A DNA stretch of 64,000 bases from Bacteroidales bacterium (GTDB lineage: Bacteria > Bacteroidota > Bacteroidia > Bacteroidales > UBA3824), in the NCBI GenBank assembly GCA_016293845.1, contig JAEDDH010000001.1, forward strand, positions 29,211 to 93,210. The letters run 5' to 3'. Below are positions 59,386 through 64,000 of this stretch, one piece after another (within the stretch, counting starts at the first letter, position 1; each line of letters begins with the position of its first letter). The position numbers and the translations under genes are program-made. The notes under the pieces were generated by a model. That model was not told the origin of the DNA. It saw nothing but the letters and a program-made list of their open reading frames with translations, and did no database searches.

Positions 59386-59751
59386 TCACTGTATTTTATC
59401 CTCTGCAAATTCCAAAGCGTTCAACCCCTTATACTTATCGTAAATATTGTAGATTTGCATAAATTCATCTATTGTAATAGCGTGGTCGCCAATGGGTTGG
59501 ATGATTTCCACGCCTGGCATTCCGTATGCATACAACTTATTAGTAATATTGATAAAAACCCAAGGACAACTATCATAATGCCCCTTGTACCAAGCGTGTT
59601 TAAAATGGTGTTTATCTAACCACTTATAAAATGGAGCATCCATATCCGATAGCGAAGGGTCTTTAACCAAAAACGCTTCGGGCTTGATACGGCTGATGAT
59701 GGGCTTGCCGGTGTCTATGTCGTAATAATATGGATGTTTGGATTTGGGCAT
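59386..59751 (-). CDS. hypothetical small protein (paralogue of the adjacent interrupted ORF)
   Basis: 121-aa ORF; shares ...D.GKPIISRIKPE... versus ...DHRWFHSIISRPE... with the upstream ORF. Confidence 0.4.
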   Translation of the reverse strand: MPKSKHPYYYDIDTGKPIISRIKPEAFLVKDPSLSDMDAPFYKWLDKHHFKHAWYKGHYDSCPWVFINITNKLYAYGMPGVEIIQPIGDHAITIDEFMQIYNIYDKYKGLNALEFAEDKIQ

Positions 59752-59766
59752 TGTATTGAAATTTGG

Positions 59767-60147
59767 TTATTTGTTTGCTGCTGTTAGATATACAATTTCG
59801 GAACCAGATGGGTCGCCGGGCAAACCGGCATAACGCCAAGTGACGCCGTAGTTGTCGTATTGTTCCTTGGTGATTTCGTTAACCTCGGGACGGCTGATTA
59901 TCGAATGAAACCATCTGTGGTCTTTTATGGTATTGCCACGTTTATAGTCCGTGTACTTGTTGTCTGGGGATTACACAAAGACGTTTCCTTCATCATCGAT
60001 GCGCACTAATTCGTCTTCCATATACCAACCGAAACAACGTGCTTTTTCGCACGAATACCCGTATTTTTCTTTCCACTCTTCGTCCGACAAATGGTCGAAA
60101 AATTCAGCCGTTTCGTCTCTCCACTCTTCGTATGACTGATATCCCAT
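59767..60147 (-). pseudogene. small ORF interrupted by an in-frame TAA (codon at 59971-59973); possible pseudogene or recoding site
   Basis: Translation reads MGYQSYEEW...DDEGNVFV*SPDNKYTDYKRGN...LTAANK in a single frame across the stop. Confidence 0.4.
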
Positions 60148-60170
60148 AGTATTGAATGTTTTTTGGTTAA

Positions 60171-61712
60171 TTACTTCGTTTTTACAACGTCTTTGCCGAT
60201 GAGTTGTTTGAGTTTTGCGCCAATTTGTTCGTTAGTGTATATGTTTGTCCAATGTTGCTCAAACACAGGATTGTTTCGGTCGGCTGAGCCATTGGCGTCC
60301 ACGGCAAAAACCACGAGACGTTCCTTGTCACAAATGGCCATAAGTTTAGAGCGAAGCATACGCGCATACGACAGACATTGTGAAAAAGCATTGATGCGTT
60401 CTGCCATCGGAGACATATCTAATTTTGCTTCAATCACCAACGGTGCCGATGCAAAGTGTTTTTCGCCTTGCGGCAAAAATACGAAATCAGGAATCGCTTT
60501 CAATCCGCGCCCTGCTTTTTGCGACAATTGTCGTGTGTAGTCGCTATCGCTGTAACCAAGGCGGTGGAGAATAGGAATGAGTATTTTCTCCTCAACGTCT
60601 TTTTCTATTTTGATATCACCGAAATCCATAGCGGCGGTTTCAAACAACTTTGGAAACATATCCACATTGTCGCCGCGATCCTTTACATAACGGATTATTT
60701 CAGAATAGTCTTTGGGAGAGAGTTCCACACCATTTACACCTTGCAGGTTTTTCCTGACAATTGGAATTTGCGACAAGTAGGCATCTGCGCGAAGTTCTTT
60801 GATTGTTATTGGTGGAATTTTAACACCTTCGCATACTGTTGTGCGGCATTGGTAGTAGTCGAAAGGATTGAAAATGCCGTCTGTATTGGCTCTCCACACT
60901 GAATGTATGTAACTTCTTGGCGCACGGCAATACATAACAATTAAATCACCACGTTTGGTTTTCTCATTACATTGCCATATACGTTCGGGATTGTCGTCTA
61001 TTTCTGCACCGAGTGTGTCGAGAAACTTGAAATCGCCGGGCGCCGCTCCCACAAGCCAAACATTTGTCGGGTTTGGCAGTTCGGTAGGTTTTGGGGAATT
61101 AACAAGCATTGGTGCAAAATCGTAGATACAAGCGCAAAATTCGGCATCGGATAGGTTGTTTTCTTTTTGGAACTCGTTCCAAACTTGACAAATATCCCAG
61201 TAATACATCATATACTGTTTGTAGTCCTTGGTGCGTGGTATAGGCGGCAGTTCAATGCCCAAGACATCGCAGTTTCGCATTAAGTTTGGAAATCGGGTTT
61301 GGTAGAATATTGGCTTGTATAGTGACGGATTTTGGATGTACAATGCCATTGATAATAATTGCATCCACTCATTTTTTTCGCGATAACGGTTATTTGGCAA
61401 AACAATTTGGTCTTCGTGAAATTGAAGTTCGCCTTTTTCGTCAACAGAGAAATTAACTAAGTCGAAATTGGTAACATATTTTTCAAATTCTTCACGAGTT
61501 GCAGGTGTTTCCATACAACTAACGTTAACTTCCCATAAGACGAACCATTCACTATTGAAATCATATGGAAAATCGCCGTGTTTTGTTTCCATACAATTGG
61601 CAATTTTCTGAATTTCCTCATATTTGGGATGTTCGCCCAAATCAAATAGAGCGATTGCCTTTTTGCCATCTTCTGAGGTCTTATAAAGATTCCATATTTG
61701 TGGGTTTAGCAT
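60171..61712 (-). CDS. putative modification-dependent nuclease: unknown N-terminal domain, EVE-like (PUA-fold) domain and C-terminal HsdR-N-type PD-(D/E)xK nuclease motif
   Basis: EVE-like block VWLVGAAPGDF...RGDLIVMYCR...ITIKELRADAYLSQIPIVRKN...LSPKDYSEII; nuclease block LHRLGY...IPDFVFLP...PLVIEAKLD. Confidence 0.5.
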   Translation of the reverse strand: MLNPQIWNLYKTSEDGKKAIALFDLGEHPKYEEIQKIANCMETKHGDFPYDFNSEWFVLWEVNVSCMETPATREEFEKYVTNFDLVNFSVDEKGELQFHEDQIVLPNNRYREKNEWMQLLSMALYIQNPSLYKPIFYQTRFPNLMRNCDVLGIELPPIPRTKDYKQYMMYYWDICQVWNEFQKENNLSDAEFCACIYDFAPMLVNSPKPTELPNPTNVWLVGAAPGDFKFLDTLGAEIDDNPERIWQCNEKTKRGDLIVMYCRAPRSYIHSVWRANTDGIFNPFDYYQCRTTVCEGVKIPPITIKELRADAYLSQIPIVRKNLQGVNGVELSPKDYSEIIRYVKDRGDNVDMFPKLFETAAMDFGDIKIEKDVEEKILIPILHRLGYSDSDYTRQLSQKAGRGLKAIPDFVFLPQGEKHFASAPLVIEAKLDMSPMAERINAFSQCLSYARMLRSKLMAICDKERLVVFAVDANGSADRNNPVFEQHWTNIYTNEQIGAKLKQLIGKDVVKTK

Positions 61713-61894
61713 ATTTGTGTTGTTTTTATATAATTTTTCCGCAAGATGAGATAATCTTGCGGAAAAATGTAAGTTTATTATTAGTTATTCTGCAATCAAA
61801 TTTTCCACGCCATCCAATTCTCCTTTTTTTATGCCGGAGATTAGGATGCCGAGCGTGTCGATGTTTTTGGATTTTCAAAATGAATCAATATCCA

Positions 61895-63568
61895 TCATGC
61901 TGTTTTTTTCAAATATTGCATGTTCAAAATTTTCTCTAAATTAGTATCAGTGAATGTGTTCCAAATCACCAATTGAATAGGCAAATAGTCAGGAAATAGT
62001 TGTTTGACAAATTCGATTTCAAACACCAACCGTAAATCGTTTGGGTCGGCTTCGGGGTGAACTTCGTGTTTGGATCCTACACGTGCAACTTTGATATAGT
62101 ACAAATCCCTTATCCCTTTACCCTTACGGTAAGGCATAAAGTAGTAAAGATGATTGAGATGCACTGTTGAAGGAAACTTTTTACCTGTGTAATAGACGTT
62201 TGTCGTTCCGTCAAGCAACAGTTCGATGGTATCATTCTTCACCAATGATACAAGTAAATTTTTTGAAGAATCCAAACCTTCCGCATTGATAGTGTCGTGG
62301 TTTTCAATAATTTCGGCTGGAAATTCTTTTGCAACAGCTAAAAAATCAATAGGAACGATTTTATTTTGAGTCGAATACTTGCTGAGTGTCGCCTTGTCGC
62401 CGAACATGTATTTGGCGAAAATCTTAACGGTCTCGACATTTACAGCGTTGCCCAATTGTTTATACGCTTGTGCTTCCACGACATCGGGTTGAAATGAGTC
62501 AGGGAAACTTTGAAGTCTTGCACATTCGCGCAGAGTAAGGAAACGCTTGCGGACACCGACAATTGATGTCTGAGTAATTGCTACCAATGCAGGGAAATAT
62601 GTGCCTGGTTTGATTCGGATGCCTGATGGTCGGAATTGCAAAATGTTTTCCCAAATGTTTGGCTTGTCGGTTTGTCCGGCTTGCCATTCCAATTTTGCTT
62701 TCGCGCCGAAAAACAATGGATGTTTGCGTGCACGTGGTAGCCATTCGTCCAAAAAATCTTGGTTTCGTAGGTACAACTGGTTGTTTTTCTGAATGAAATT
62801 GATTTTCCATTTAGGATATTCCGACATATCCTCCGTTGGGTCGATTGGTTTTAGATACTCGCTCCAGACGGGGAATCCAGGCAGTTTTTCTACGTGGATT
62901 TTCTGAATGAACTCGTTCCAAAGGTCAATCAAAGTTATTTTATCCTCTTCCAATTTGTAACATTCCAAATCAGTTATTTCGTTGTCATTTTGAAGGATGT
63001 CACTAATTTTGCAAGTCGGCACTTTGTTTTTGTCGAACACAAATTCGGGCAGGTCGCCGATGTCTTTACGTATGCACATAATGTACACGCGCTCGCGATG
63101 CTGTGGTATTCCTATATAGTGAGGACTGAAAATTACCGGATCTTTCAAAACATTGTAGCCGATGGACACAAGATGTTGATGTATCACACGCCAAGTGTTG
63201 CCTCCGTCGTGAGATGCGAGGTTGCGGACGTTTTCAAGAAGGGCATATTTTGGCTGAGTCTGTTGCATAATACGCTCAACGTCAAAAAACAATGTACCCT
63301 TGGTTTCGTCATTGAATCCAAGTCTTTTGCCGGCCTTTGAGAATGCTTGGCATGGAAATCCCGCGCACAAAACGTCATATTGAGGTATTGTATTTGCATC
63401 AACTTTGGTGATGTCCCTGTCGGGTCGGATGCCGTAATTGTTTTCGTATGTTTTGCGGCAATCATCGTCAATGTCGCAAGCATAAACACATTGTCCTCCC
63501 AATTGTGACATTGCCTGGTGAAATCCCCCTATTCCGCAAAAAAGATCTATGAATTTAAACTTTTTCAT
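61895..63568 (-). CDS. DNA (cytosine-5)-methyltransferase with an additional ~190-aa C-terminal domain of unknown function
   Basis: Motif I FIDLFCGIGGF, IV GFPCQAFS, VI ENVRNL, VIII QHRERVYI and X LGNAV, followed by a non-MTase C-terminal extension; start placed at MKKFKF. Confidence 0.85.
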   Translation of the reverse strand: MKKFKFIDLFCGIGGFHQAMSQLGGQCVYACDIDDDCRKTYENNYGIRPDRDITKVDANTIPQYDVLCAGFPCQAFSKAGKRLGFNDETKGTLFFDVERIMQQTQPKYALLENVRNLASHDGGNTWRVIHQHLVSIGYNVLKDPVIFSPHYIGIPQHRERVYIMCIRKDIGDLPEFVFDKNKVPTCKISDILQNDNEITDLECYKLEEDKITLIDLWNEFIQKIHVEKLPGFPVWSEYLKPIDPTEDMSEYPKWKINFIQKNNQLYLRNQDFLDEWLPRARKHPLFFGAKAKLEWQAGQTDKPNIWENILQFRPSGIRIKPGTYFPALVAITQTSIVGVRKRFLTLRECARLQSFPDSFQPDVVEAQAYKQLGNAVNVETVKIFAKYMFGDKATLSKYSTQNKIVPIDFLAVAKEFPAEIIENHDTINAEGLDSSKNLLVSLVKNDTIELLLDGTTNVYYTGKKFPSTVHLNHLYYFMPYRKGKGIRDLYYIKVARVGSKHEVHPEADPNDLRLVFEIEFVKQLFPDYLPIQLVIWNTFTDTNLEKILNMQYLKKTA

Positions 63569-63983
63569 TTTCCAGTTGATATACGTATCTGAAAACAACG
63601 AAATTGTCGTTGTCCAATATTTTTTTGTTGATGTTGAATTTTGGTTTTCTTGCCGAGCCATCAGGCTGGTGACCTTGATGAAACGGTTTTAATATTTCAT
63701 TGTAGTTTATTCGGTTTAATTCCACAATCGACATTTTTACAAACTTAACGCTGTGTTTCATACGCTCGTGGTATGACATTTCATCTTTCGTATATGATGG
63801 GTCTTGTTGTTTGATATATTTGTTACGGGCAATTGTGGCTTCGTAATTAGTTATTTGACTGTCCTTAATAGTTTCGTGTTCGTAAATAACATACCAAAAC
63901 TTGTCATATCTGTAAATACAGTCAATCAAAGTTTGCTGGTCGTTGCCTGGTGTTTCATTTTTGGATATGTCGCTTGCCTTCAA
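63555..63983 (-). CDS. hypothetical protein, first gene of the methyltransferase unit (N-terminus may lie beyond the window)
   Basis: ORF ending 10 nt before the MTase start; no recognised family. Confidence 0.35.
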   Translation of the reverse strand: MKASDISKNETPGNDQQTLIDCIYRYDKFWYVIYEHETIKDSQITNYEATIARNKYIKQQDPSYTKDEMSYHERMKHSVKFVKMSIVELNRINYNEILKPFHQGHQPDGSARKPKFNINKKILDNDNFVVFRYVYQLENEKV

Positions 63984-64000
63984 ATCCCCAAAGAAATCAT

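Noticed and set aside
61895-62470. Vsr (very-short-patch repair) endonuclease fused to the C5-MTase C-terminus
   Set aside because: The extension lacks the Vsr hallmarks (the FxxGCFWHxH and catalytic Asp contexts), so the domain is left unassigned.

Overview
This 64-kb window looks like a chromosomal segment from a Bacteroidota-type genome. The phylum call is an inference from a T9SS-type C-terminal sorting domain, a GWxTD protein, a TamB homologue, a four-helix-bundle gene and two candidate TAnnTTTG -7 promoter boxes with a TTTG -33 near 25104-25141. Coding density is high, with about 60 genes. Most are housekeeping: parE, ndk, thrC, aspartate kinase, pckA, miaA, queH, purT, two GH3 glycosidases, a flotillin/NfeD pair, TamB, and transporters of the CDF, AspT/YidE, NhaD and MgtC families. 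Two tandem tRNA-Arg(ACG) genes share a terminator. Two loci are more interesting. (1) At 40.5-45.3 kb there is a Type III restriction-modification locus (mod, then res with a GTG start). An inverted-repeat element built from 21-bp sub-units is inserted in-frame twice inside mod. Non-coding copies of the same element flank a four-helix-bundle gene inserted between mod and res, with an apparent duplication of the res start region. (2) At 59.3-64.0 kb there is a minus-strand cluster: a hypothetical protein, a C5-cytosine methyltransferase with an extra roughly 190-aa C-terminal domain of unknown function, a 513-aa protein with an EVE-like (PUA-fold) domain and an HsdR-N-type PD-(D/E)xK nuclease motif, and two small paralogues, one carrying an in-frame TAA. 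The cluster ends at a perfect 36-bp palindrome and faces a DUF234-type ATPase whose promoter region carries 16-bp inverted and direct repeats. This cluster is a candidate modification-linked defence system. Other points worth noting are a methyl-accepting chemotaxis protein next to a protein with two SiaB-like GHKL domains (unusual for this phylum), a secreted T9SS cargo protein with about ten tandem 77-aa repeats, and an ADP-ribosylglycohydrolase flanked by two membrane proteins. All calls come from reading the sequence and ORF translations. No database searches were run.
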